The notes beneath the pieces are model-generated. The model worked only from the letters and a program-made list of their open reading frames with translations. It was not told where the DNA came from and did not search any database. Position numbers and translations under genes: made by a program. A stretch of DNA of 63,974 nucleotides, the filler included, from Eremomyces bilateralis CBS 781.70 (Eukaryota), in the NCBI GenBank assembly GCA_010015585.1. It is 11 parts of 8 records of this genome, joined end to end, with 100 filler letters (N's around TTAATTAATTAA, not from the genome) between each part and the next. Parts side by side here need not be neighbours in the genome. Positions count along the whole stretch, not along the records: positions 43,611 to 55,488 come from ML975153.1; positions 55,589 to 56,849 come from ML975154.1; positions 56,950 to 60,719 come from ML975157.1; 8 more parts are not named here. One strand, given 5' to 3'. Shown here piece by piece: positions 46,601-57,754 of the stretch. The first letter of the stretch is position 1, and every line of letters starts with the position of its first letter.

Positions 46601-46682
46601 GCCTCTGCGAGGGCTGGGGCCTTTACGAAGACTTGTCAGTACAGTTCGAGGCTGAATAGGGCGGACATACTGAAGTCGCCAT
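43611..46682 (-). CDS. NLR: SIR2_2-like effector domain + NACHT NTPase + WD40 repeats (3' end lost in gap)
   Basis: SIR2: VVVIGAGVT, LLTTNYDDL, LHIHGS, FVGCGSGLEDPNF. NACHT: CLPNTRV, WLNGLAGTGKSTIA, VVDALDEC, FLTSRPE, HPSFRDFL. WD40: FEGHGGPVEAVAFSPDGKVVASASSD. Introns 46621-46670, one starting at 45701, and about 43912-43962 keep the frame. Confidence 0.92.
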
Positions 46683-47479
46683 CTTCACACTTCTCAATTA
46701 ACTTTAGTAGAGCCAGCACGAAACGCGCAGAAAGGAAACCATAAGCTGGAAAGCAATGCTCGTTGAAAGTCACTTCGCCCAGTCTAAAGAGGTAGTCGCA
46801 GGAGGTGAAGTAGGTAAGATTGTAGAGTTTTAAAGGTCGGAGAAATGATTTGTAGGTAGCATGGACACGATCGCATCCCAGCCTTGCGTCTTGCGGTGCC
46901 GCAGTTGCTCGCCCATCAGGTAAATTCGCAGGCAGACACTCAGCTGTAGTCAAAGACCCTACCAAGAGAGCATGTAACTCATTGGCGCTTTGGTTCTACT
47001 GTCTACAAACCCGATTGACCTGATAGATCGGGTACTGTACCCAGTCACCTCAACCATTTGAGCGGTCTTTAGAGACTTACTGATGACCATACTCCGTATA
47101 GCGGAAAAGGTTATGCTGAGACGTTTCAAGGTTTGGCGCCATGTTAGCCGTTTAACAGTATGAAGTATCTCCCAAGACGGTGTTCAACTGGCCCCTACAC
47201 TGAATCTAAATTTGGACTTTTGGAGAGTGAGAATGAGAATGTGTGACAGTGTGAGGGGTATGCAGCGACGGCTCAAGGGGATGATTAGACCTACCCAGTT
47301 GGGGAGCGCTAAACCAAACCGGGGGACTAACCATAACCCCACTTACTGGAATAATTATAGCCCTTGGTGAACTGGTTGGCCTCGGCGAATTAGCAAGGAA
47401 CTTCATCACTCAGTTACTTACTAGCCCGCTTATATGTTTATTCCCTTCACACCTATTTGAATAGAATCACGAGAGTAAC

Positions 47480-48579
47480 TGCTCTCTGTGTTATCCAGTG
47501 GCAACACCCTAGGACTGCTCCGGCAGAAGTCACTAATTTTGAGCACAATCCGAGTCTTATACGGTCATTTTGTTACCAGCTACGGCTGTGGAACATATCC
47601 GTTGCTCCCCTCCGCTCTTTCAGCGATGGATTGCGGCTTCAATTATGATTGCATGGTCACTATGATATGCAACAAGAAACATTTCGAAGTCCTCTTGTCG
47701 CCAAAAGTACCCCCAGGTTACGATGATGAGCAGAGCATCGAGGTCGAATTACTCCGAAGGAATGACCGCGCGATGCGGGCCGGCAACAACAACTCAAGGG
47801 GATAAAATATTGGAAGAAATTATGGATATCCTTGCAATTAACTGTCAGCCCTTTTTTTCGCGAATTTGCTCTGTCGTTGACGAGAGCAACCGGGAAGGTC
47901 TACGCGACTTACTCAACCCCGAAACCTTCACGTTGTAGTTGGTCACGGTCAAAGGGTGTTTGGAAGTCGTCAAACAACATACCGTGCCTCATGAGCGGAT
48001 CCGCCTACCCCCAATTGCAACCCCCAGCGGTTTGCCTGTATATAACTGGGCAGAGGTGGAATTGCCGGAAGAGGTACTAGGAGATAGGATAGTGAAGGTC
48101 TCTGTCAATGGCCTCACCAATTGGGACAAGACGGTCACCAACTGCACGAACGGAGAAGTTGCTAGAGAAGTCACTTCCTTCCAAATGGCGGCGGAGGCCA
48201 ATCCTTCTCTTGGCGTCCCTAAGCCGGTAGGGCTTGTCAAGTCAGATGATGACGAAATCGTTGCCGGTCTGTTCAACTACATCGACCACGATCCTAAAAG
48301 CCCAACACTGAGCAAGATCGAGATAGTCGCCGTGGAGAAATCTCGACGAGAAAAAATAGGCCACTCAAATCCGGGACGTCACCACTCAACCCCACGAGAT
48401 CGACTTCATCTGGGCGACGGGAAAGCAGGGACTATTATATTGACAAGGACGACGATGATGCCTGAGTTATCGACTTCGGAGGGGGATGGACCGATGGATG
48501 GCCGACGCAGGAGCTTGCTGGGACCGTCGAAGGTGACTTCGTAGCACTGGAGAAGATTATTGAATTCCTCAAAGTGTAG
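47480..48579 (+). pseudogene. protein-kinase-like pseudogene
   Basis: VPKPVGLV, GDGKAG, and in a shifted frame IDKDDDDA*VIDFGGGWTDGW; several stops and frameshifts. Confidence 0.7.
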
Positions 48580-48808
48580 CGGACTAGACGCCGTGTGGAA
48601 GTTGTGAAAGAGTTTCTGTGCGGTCACACGGAAGGGCGCAAAGCGTCTCCACTGCAACAAGAACGCATATCGAAATTGGGTGCTAAGCGGTTAGATACTT
48701 GTGAAGGAATAAGGGAGCGAGAATTTGCAGTGGAAGAGACCAAGCCGATACCAGAAACAGTGCATCCAATGATCCGCGTACGGATAGACAAACAAAAATG
48801 ACATTGAA

Positions 48809-51342
48809 CTAGAAGAGATCTCTTAAAATATTCGACAAATCCTCCTCTTCCTGCCCGAACATGAATCCAGGCCGGTCCAAAGTAGTCCCCTGCGGCTGGC
48901 CCATCTCCCCCGGCGGTTGCACCATGCTCGAGAACTCTCCGTTCTGCGCCAGCCCGGAATACCCGCCCGCTGCCTCGAACAAATCCGTCAGATCGTTCGC
49001 CATGCCATTCGGACTGTTTTCCATGCCGTTCGCCCCGACCGCGTTGCCCATCCCGGAATTGCTGCTAGCTTGTGAGGCCATCCCTAGATTGGTCGAAAGC
49101 ATGGACGCGTGGTTCATCGGGTGGCCTGCGAGGCCGGCCATAGCGACAGCAGCGTCTGAATGAGGATCGCTTGCTTGGTTTCCGGCGCCGGAGCGTGAGC
49201 TGAGGTTAAGACCGAGCTTTGGGGAAGCCTCTTTCACGTTGCGAAGGGTCTTCCACAGACGCTTGGAAGCACCGGAATTAGCGGAGAATCCCCTGATGAG
49301 GTCGACCGCCATGTTGAATTCGTCACGGACTTGGCTTGTATATTGCTGCGGGGCGTGACACACGGCGAGGATGAGGACGGCGACGGCGGAGATGAGGAAG
49401 TAGTTGAACAACACTTTTCCGTTGCTATAAAGCTCGGTCTTCTGGCTCATCTCGGTGAGGATGCGGAGGGATTCTTTGGCAATATCGACAACGGTGTCGG
49501 CGTGGCGGATATTGTCCTTGATGCTTGCTGTGTTGTGCAGGATCGGTCGATAGATGAGAATACGCATCTGGTTCCGGCGAAGGAGAAGGATGATTCTGAG
49601 CCTGCGACTAACGCGACTGTAGCGGTCGCTTTGCGGTATTGCAGCGGGTGGCAGATATTTCAAAGATTCCGGGAGGGAGCGATGCCATTCCAGAATTTCG
49701 TAGTCAAGATATCCCATCTCGCGTTCATTGAAAGTCGCTTTCGCTCCATCCCAATTCGTGATCGAGCGCCAGATCTTCGAACCAATCCTGCTATAATCGA
49801 TCATGGCCAATAAGTACGGAGGCCCATCCTTTCGGCATATCAGTAAGATTATTGGATGATTCTGGCCTCTATTAGTGTGCACTTACCGGTTGTAAAACCC
49901 GGGGATCAACATCGAAATCCTGCATCGCAAATGGTAATCCGCAACCGAAGCTCCATCGCTTATCCAGCACGTACATTGACCAGAAAACCCGGGTTGCAAC
50001 AGCTCTCTCAGGATAGGTAGTCATCTGCTTGTGGTACGTTTCGGTTCGATGTAGGCCAAGTTCGAAGCACAGTCTCACCGCAACCCCGACGATACGCCAT
50101 GCCAGGCACTCATCGTCCCGGTGGAAGTGATACATGGCCTGCAATCCATATGTTAGTGCTGAGTTGTGTTTAACCAAAGCGGCCAGCTTACTGCAACAGC
50201 TAACATCCTCACATTGTGGAGGCTCGCGCTGGACGTCAATTGCTCCTCGATATAGCAAGCAATGCTGTCATACAACTTCTTGCCAATGTCACTCTTTCCA
50301 GAACTGTCCAGCATGAGTGTGGTGGCTAGCACCACTTTCAACAATATCGTCTCGGGATCAACGAGAGCGTCGGGCCCAGTCCACCCCGTCGTGCTGAACC
50401 CCGTCTTCACCGCCGCCTCCAGGAATTGATAGACGTTGTTCGCATGCTGCAGCGTTTGCGTCACATCGAGGACGGGGTACATGACCCCAATCTCCTCCTG
50501 CCATACCCTCACCAACCGCACCGCTTCCTCCCGCGTGAGAAGCCACAACGGGTCCTTGCCCATCGGCATCGCGGACTTCGCATGCCGCGGGTGTGGACTA
50601 GCCCTCGGAGTCTCGTCCTGTGTGATCCCCGCCTCCTCGAGCGCCTCATCCGACGCGCCGATACCCATGCCCTGGAGGCTCGAATTGGCCACTCCGAGAT
50701 TGTAGGCGGAGGAAGTGGGGCCGCGGAAGCGCTGCTTGTGGGAGGGAGGGGGGTTCGGCGAGGGCGAAGGGAGGCTGGGAAGAGGGAGCGCACGCTGGTC
50801 GACGGGCTGGGAGAAAACGGGGTTGGTGGCGAGGGTATTGAAGCTCGTTTCGACGCTGTCGCGGAGAGATGTGAGGTTGGTGAAAAGGGTGTTGACTTGT
50901 TGTTGGAGGGTATCGATGTTCGTTTGCATTCGTTTGAAGTCCCTTGGAGGCGTGAGTAGATGCGGTCGAGCGGTATACGGTACATTGCTGCTTACTCGGT
51001 GTCTTTGAAGTTAGTGCAACAATTCGGCGCATACACGCAATCGAGACTCAGGTTTCCGCATCTCTATTTCCCGGAACATGGTCAGTTTGGTCCCGGATTC
51101 GCAGGATCTGGTTGTTGATACCTGGCATGGAGTCTTGCCATCGCATTTGATCTTTCTTCGCTTGCACTCATTGCTATCCTCATTAGCTCTACTTCTGGCC
51201 CGTCGAGCACATAGTCATACCATGCGATGGAAATATATCGGTTCCTCTTCGCCCGCTGCTGTTGTCCGCTACTGTCGGCCTTTCTCTTGCTCCCGGAGTG
51301 CCTGTCCTCGGAGCCCGGGCTGAACGGCTCAGGATCCTCCAT
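48809..51342 (-). CDS. Zn(II)2Cys6 transcription factor with fungal-specific TF middle domain; multi-exon
   Basis: Spliced [60 protein letters not shown]. Confidence 0.93.
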
Positions 51343-51762
51343 GGCTCAGCGGTTGGATTCGCCTAGCAGAAATAAGAAATGACACGATTGCGCTGACCAA
51401 TAATCCTTCAACTGCCTTGTGTTTGGGATAATTATGGATGGGTGGAGGGAGATAGAATGACTGGGTCTACGAGGGTCGTCCCTTGCGACTGGGTTCTGAT
51501 ATCCCAACCTTGCCCAAGCAGCATCAGGCTAACCGGTTACGGCAATAGATATTGACTGAAATGCTTCTGTGAGAGTTTAACTGCACGATATGATCGTTGG
51601 AATTCGTAAATTATGTCGCAATAGAAGATTATATAGATCTCTGGTCAAGGCAGCGTATCCAGGATTTACCTGCAAAAATCAAAAGATCACCTCTTCCTCG
51701 CTGAGAAGCATCCAGGAACCACAGCCCCGGCACAGTCCTGGCATGGTATCATAGCTAAATGC

Positions 51763-53767
51763 TCACGCTCCGCTGACGACACTCTTTGCATTGGACAGCG
51801 CCTGAATTCCGTAGTCAAGGGCAAAGCCGAATCCAACCCTCAGAAACCCCTTCAAATCCGCCAACTTCAATCCGACCTGCCTTGCCCGGTATGTCCCCAC
51901 GCAGGCAAGCGTGAGAAGCAGAAGCTTGGTCGCCCTAGACAACCGAAGCTTCCATAGCCCCTTCGAGGTGTAGTTGAAGTGGAAGTCGCCATATCGCGGG
52001 AACATGCACCTGAACAGGAACCATACCTGGGAGTATCTGCAGGAGAAAATGTCAGCGCACAGCTCAGAAGGTATGTGCATAGTCGGGATACTCACGGAAG
52101 CACAGTTGAGTTCCATCCGTCCTTATGATACCAACTACTGCAACCGCCCTTCATCCAAATCGTATCCTTCAGCTTGTCCTGGATATCAGCCGTGTACGCG
52201 ATCTCCGCCTCTTTCTTCACCTCCACCGTCTGCACGTCGCCCTTCAACACGGGCTCCATGAACTTTAACGAGAAGTTCACCATGTTCTCTGAAGCCAAAA
52301 TGACGGAACTGTGCCCGGTCGCGGTATTGGGTCCGAAGAGGAAGAACATGTTGGGGAATCCGTCCATGGCAGCTCCAAGGTACGCTTGCGGTCCGCCACG
52401 CTCGTCCCAGACGTCATACAGCGTCTTGCCGTCTCGACCGATGATCTCAAGCGGATGGAACCAGTTGTACGCCTCGAAGCCGTTGGCGAGTACGATGATA
52501 TCCGCATCGATTTTCCGTTCAGGTCCTAACGCCTTCAACTCCTCCTCCGATTTGCCAGGGCCAGCATACAAGGATCCAGGTCCAATGACCACGCCATCCT
52601 CCTGAACCCTCGTCAACGGCTGGGTTGTTAGCTCTATTTTCGAATCGTTCAATCCTGGGAACCACGTTGCGTCGAAAACCCGTCGCTTACAGCCAACGCC
52701 GTAATCCGGGGTTAACATGTCATGGTATTTTGCGGGGACAGTCTTCTTCATGTGCCTGAGGAGTTCCTTCTCAGAAGCTTTTCGGGACCACGTCGCGATC
52801 TTACCACTTCCAAACATGATAAAGGCGGATTCCGCGATGCCAGCGACCACCCATCGGACGAGCTTACCGAATCCAGGGACGCGAGTAATGAGCGTTCGAC
52901 TGTTTGCCTCCCACCACTCGTTACCACCCGGAGGCACGATGCGGGGACACACCCATGGCGGCGACCGCATGAGTTGGGTCACGGATTTGGCGTTGTACGG
53001 AGCTTTTGTCAGCGACGGAACGAACTGCGCGGCGCTACAACCGGTTCCCACCACCAGAACGTTCTTGTCCGTCATGTCCACCGAGTAATCCCATCGGGCG
53101 GAGTGGAAAACCGGTCCTTGGAAAGTCTCGAAACCTGGGATACCCCTTGGCACACCGGCTGGCTCGACAAGACCTCCAACACCACTTATCAGCATCTTGG
53201 CTCTGATTGTCTCAGTTGACGAGACGACAGCACCCGCTCCTTGTTCGTCCTGTACCCGTTGGCGGTCTTTTGCTGAAAGATCTCCCATCCCATGGACGAG
53301 ATGACGGAGCTCCACCTCCCATAGCTGTTCGTCTTCCAGCCATCGACACGAAGACACGTCTGTATTCAGCTCGATCTTGTCGGTGATCTGGTATTTCTCG
53401 CACACGTCGTGGAGGTAGTGGACGATCTCCGGGCCGTCAGGGAAGAACTTCGTCCAGTTGGGATTCGGGGCGAAACTGAAGGAATAAAAGACCGCCGGGA
53501 CGTCGCAGGCAACCCCGGGATATCTGATCGTGGAGCCTTGGTCAGCAGAAGTACGGTTTCGTGGGACCGAGCATTGTACCTGTTGATCCACCAGGTGCCT
53601 CCAATACCGGCCTGCCTATCGAAGAGTCGGAACTGGTCGAAACCCAATTCTGTCTTCAACCTGACGGCCATGGCGATTCCCGATTCTCCAGCACCGACGA
53701 CGACCACGGGGTAGTATGTATATGCACCCTCCCCATACCCCTTTACTCGACGAATGGCTTCCGGCAT
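51763..53767 (-). CDS. flavin-containing Baeyer-Villiger monooxygenase
   Basis: VVGAGESG, GGTWWINRYPGVACDVP, BVMO fingerprint FQGPVFHSARWD, VGTGCSA, GCKRRV, LANGF; hydrophobic C-terminal exon. Confidence 0.92.
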
Positions 53768-54751
53768 TGTGGACGTTTGCTGCCTCAACGCTTTGGACAG
53801 TTGGTTCCAGCTCTACTCGTGATAGACGGGCTATGTACACACTTGTCTTCACAGAAGGGTCGACCACTTCTGGACGATATTAACGCTGTTTGCTTTGAAT
53901 GGTGAGGATATGCGGAGAGCGGTCAAAGTCGTGACTTTGTCAACCACTGACCGAGCTGAGTTGATCAAGCGAATACCGAAAGAGGAGGGGATTGGCAAGT
54001 GTATAAGGGTAAAGTTTCGTGGCCTGAGAAGTCTCAGATGCGGAGGTTACACGCGGAGCGTCGCGGACGAGCATCGACGGTCGAGTCAACTTAGGCCTCG
54101 TAGTGGTTGATTACAGATTGGGAGAAGTCGTAATTACGATTTAGGAACCGTCCTGGGAGTCCGGATAGAGTTAGCATCGGCCAGAGGGAGCACGAGGATA
54201 GGTAATTAATAGTTCAGGGCCAAAAGAGAGCTGCGTAGCGCATAATCGGCCCATTCCGATTTCCCCATTTCTGACCATGGCACGTGAAAACATGACATCG
54301 AAGCGGAAGCTTCATCTTGCATGAAGTTTCCTTACCGAAAGCTCGGTTGTCCGAATGAGAAGCTCTGAGAGTCTGGGGCAGGACAGGTGCGTACAAACCA
54401 CAAGACGTCAACAAAATTCCTATGCCGACGCAACACTTCAGGATTTGAAATATCCCCTGTGGTGAAACGCTGAGGGATTTGAGCGTATCTGATCCGATCT
54501 GGGGTCGTGATCCGGTGCCAGCTATGTTAGGCCGCTAGGGAGCCGTAGCCCGTAACAGCTCGTATCTCCAGAGTATGAATAGTACGGATGAATATTCACT
54601 CCGCGTCAGATGGATATTCCCCGCAATCTGCGTGGATCTCCCTGCAGCTGGCGGAAACTATACGTAGCCTGTCCGTCCGAACGGCACCAATCGGCAATCG
54701 GCCAATCCGGTCTGGGTTGGTCCAATCATACAAAAGACGGCCCAAACTTTA

Positions 54752-54977
54752 TGTCGCACGTGATGTGCTAAAATGGTTGGGAGTGAGGTGCTGTTGTTCC
54801 GGCAGCGAAGTTGTTGTATTGTGTGTGTGATCTAGGTATCTGAAAGTTGCGTTCAAGTTGCGTGTTCTTATGTCAATGCCTGGTCCCCTGGCCCTCCAGA
54901 TATATGAGATTCGTGGCAAGTTTATTAATGCAGTTTGTATCCTCGAGCTCCCTTAGATGAAACCTTGGTCTGCGACA
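54752..54977. mobile_element. solo LTR (226 bp)
   Basis: Termini TGTCGCA...TGCGACA, 5-bp TSD CTTTA at 54747-54751 and 54978-54982, second copy at 43378. Confidence 0.9.
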
Positions 54978-54998
54978 CTTTAGGATGGTTTATTACCG

Positions 54999-55082
54999 TT
55001 TAACTAAGTTAGTTAGTTAACTAACTTAGTTAGTTAGTTAAGTTAACTTAAGTTAGTTAACTTAACTTAGTTAGTTAGTTAC
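54999..55082. repeat. low-complexity array of TA-(GT/AC/AGT/ACT)-TA units
   Basis: taactaagttagttagttaactaacttagttagttagttaagttaacttaagttag...; similar short arrays abut Fot1 TIRs at 24871-24892 and 60904-60927. Confidence 0.8.
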
Positions 55083-56629
55083 ATAGAAGTCAGTTAGTTG
55101 GGCCCATAATTACCTAACAAGTCACAGCAGATATTCAGATTTCAGATAACTACCAGTTATTCAGATTTTAAATATGTTAGTAAGTTAGTTAGCGGCACGT
55201 TGGGTGCATTGGGGCAGATCCGATCAAGCCATATTATGTGACTTTAAGCAACGTGGCGGAGAGACATTCAGGGACTGGGGACCTAGATGCCCTGACGACC
55301 AGAACGACTTCATGATTTTGGTTGTTTCTGTACTCTACCTGATGCTAAAGTACTAAGGCTAACTAAGCCAAAAGTCTGCGCACAGGACCCATTCTCACCT
55401 GAATATCTCTACACCCACCCCTTACTTTGACAATCAATAACTTTACCAAAATGAGGTCTTTTGGCACAAAAATAAGTGGTAATCGAGGNNNNNNNNNNNN
55501 NNNNNNNNNNNNNNNNNNNNNNNNNNNNNNNNTTAATTAATTAANNNNNNNNNNNNNNNNNNNNNNNNNNNNNNNNNNNNNNNNNNNNAGCGGACGGGAT
55601 GCCCTATATTCAGGTTGATATGGCCGTATGTAGTAGTAATTGAAACTTTTCACAATATCAACCTAGCAATCTGCAAAATTCAATAAAACAAAAACAAAAA
55701 CATATAGCAATGGGAGTTCCCCTATGGTCTCCTAGCGGTATAAACGAGGTCGAAAACAGAGGGTTAATACCACCGAAAGACGAGGGCCCGTCGAAAATAC
55801 TCTCTGGTAAGGATCGTAATGATGCCCTTTTCTTGATAGATGGGTGCGTGGGTATCATTCACGGAAGTACACCAATCGGACGTGTTCGGTAAGATACATG
55901 TATTGGTACGTATCTGCAAGAAAGGAGAAGTATAAGTGGTGGGTTTTGGACGAATCAATTGCCTTGTGAAAGTTCAAATGGCGCTAACCTCATATGACAT
56001 AATTAATAGCTGCAGCGGTGAATGTCTTGGCGACTGGTCGAAACAAAGATTTGGACTGTGCTTGCGAGGAAGCCAATTTCGCTAGTGATTGTACTGTACC
56101 TTTGCGGCTTTGCCGGTACAGCCGAAGCTTGTCGACCCTGGATTCTGTAGGCCGTTTGCTACCAAAGGAGGTCGGGGCACTGAGGTAAAACACTAGGGGC
56201 TTTGTTGGCTGTACCGCCGACAGGAAATTAGGGGTTCCGAATATGTCTCCACGCCAAAGCTTAAGACGGCTGTGTTGATCATGCAGGATCACGCTTAGCC
56301 TATTTTCCCCTCTCTTACTAGCTGATTTCAACCTATCTCCGTCTGACACCGTTCAACCCCCTTTTTATCACGTGTTTTCATCTCCAGATACGATATATCT
56401 AGATAGACGGTCTTTACCACAGATACTAGAGAATCAGATCACCTTGACCATCTAAACATACAGTCTGTTAGGTCCTGTGTTTCTCCTCGTTTTCTTATAC
56501 GAGTACAGCCTCACAACTTTCATCGGTCGCCTACCTAATCCGTAAAGCATGAACCCCCGAAAGTCCATCAGGCTGCTCACCGTCAACCATATATACGGCC
56601 GTGGGCAAGAACACTAGGACACTGGAGAG

Positions 56630-56765
56630 TAGAGCTCCGAAACGAATAAATGAATACGAATATGGCCCGTATTCATATTTGCCCTTCGCGAATATGAATA
56701 TCATGAATATTATTCATATGAATATGCCCAATATTCATATTCATATTCGTATTCGTATTATTCAC
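56630..56765 (+). mobile_element. hAT-family terminus (TIR plus GAATA/TATTC repeats)
   Basis: TAGAGCTCCGAAACGAATAAATGAATACG...; near-identical inverted copy at 57061-57196. Confidence 0.85.
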
Positions 56766-56849
56766 AAGAACATTATCCTCCTAGGGGACTTTAACTGCCA
56801 TCACCCAGCCTGGGGTGGAACCGGAACCCCAAAGGAGCTAAAGGCAGAC
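56766..56849 (+). mobile_element. LINE apurinic-endonuclease fragment
   Basis: KNIILLGDFNCHHPAWGG matches the GDFNxHHPxWG motif of fungal Tad1-like LINEs. Confidence 0.75.
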
Positions 56850-57060
56850 NNNNNNNNNNNNNNNNNNNNNNNNNNNNNNNNNNNNNNNNNNNNTTAATTA
56901 ATTAANNNNNNNNNNNNNNNNNNNNNNNNNNNNNNNNNNNNNNNNNNNNTCTGGCATAGGAACTGGACTGAAATCTGTCTATTGACAAGCAAGACGATAG
57001 CATATAACTATAGGAAGAGGAAACGGGTCGGCCCGGAACAACAAATTCCCGGAGAGATAT

Positions 57061-57196
57061 ATGAATAATATGAATACGAATATGAATATGAATATTGGGC
57101 ATATTCATATGAATAATATTCATATTATTCATATTCGTGAAGAGCGAATATGAATAAGGGCCATATTCGTATTCATTTATTCATTTCGGAGCTCTA
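57061..57196 (-). mobile_element. hAT-family terminus inserted in the LPMO gene
   Basis: Reverse complement TAGAGCTCCGAAATGAATAAATGAATACGAATATGGCCC... Confidence 0.85.
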
Positions 57197-57754
57197 GTCT
57201 TGACCACCGGTGATTGACACGGCAGCACAGTTCATATACATTTCGCGCTCACCGAGGTTGTTGAACCAGGTCCAGGCGAAAATCGCGTCGCCATTCTTGA
57301 CCCCTGGGGGAATCGTAAAGTCGAATGCGTTGACGCACTTGATGTCGCCGGAACCCGGGACGCACCTCTTAGCGGTGTCAAGATTCCACCAGTAGTTAGT
57401 TGGGCAGCCCTCAACGATGGAATAGATGACCTTCCAAGAGGCAGGGTCCTTAAGCTTTTCCGGGTTTTTCTCGTAGGTCAAGCTGAGCTGGCATGAACCA
57501 CCACCGTGGACGGCAGTGTTAGCACCACTGCCAAGGTTGAATTCGAGCAGCTGCGAGGGACCTACAGCCATACTAGTTCGCGAGCCGACATTGAAGAGAT
57601 CAGCGCTGTGGCATGGGAAATCGGAACCACTACCAGCGAGGGGATCCTTAGGAGCGGAGCCAGGAATAGGAGCTGGGTTTTGGATCATGAAGTGCGCGGA
57701 TGTCAAGGAGAATAGGGAAAATGCTATCGTAGTAGCGAGGAGTGTAGAGGACAT
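57194..57754 (-). CDS. AA11 lytic polysaccharide monooxygenase, C-terminally truncated by a TE
   Basis: Signal peptide ending LTSA then His1 (HFMIQNP), DFPC, HGGGSCQLSLTY, WKVIYSIVEGCP, AWTWFNNLGEREMYMNCA. The stop codon is the TAG of the TIR. Confidence 0.88.
   Translation of the reverse strand: MSSTLLATTIAFSLFSLTSAHFMIQNPAPIPGSAPKDPLAGSGSDFPCHSADLFNVGSRTSMAVGPSQLLEFNLGSGANTAVHGGGSCQLSLTYEKNPEKLKDPASWKVIYSIVEGCPTNYWWNLDTAKRCVPGSGDIKCVNAFDFTIPPGVKNGDAIFAWTWFNNLGEREMYMNCAAVSITGGQD

Noticed and set aside
54999..55082. Interstitial telomere
   Set aside because: Units are TTAG/TAAC, not TTAGGG, and orientation is mixed.
56630..57196. One complete element with long TIRs spanning the gap and splitting the LPMO
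   Set aside because: Flanks differ (CTGGAGAG versus GTCTTGAC, no TSD) and the sequence left of 56630 does not continue the LPMO in any frame.
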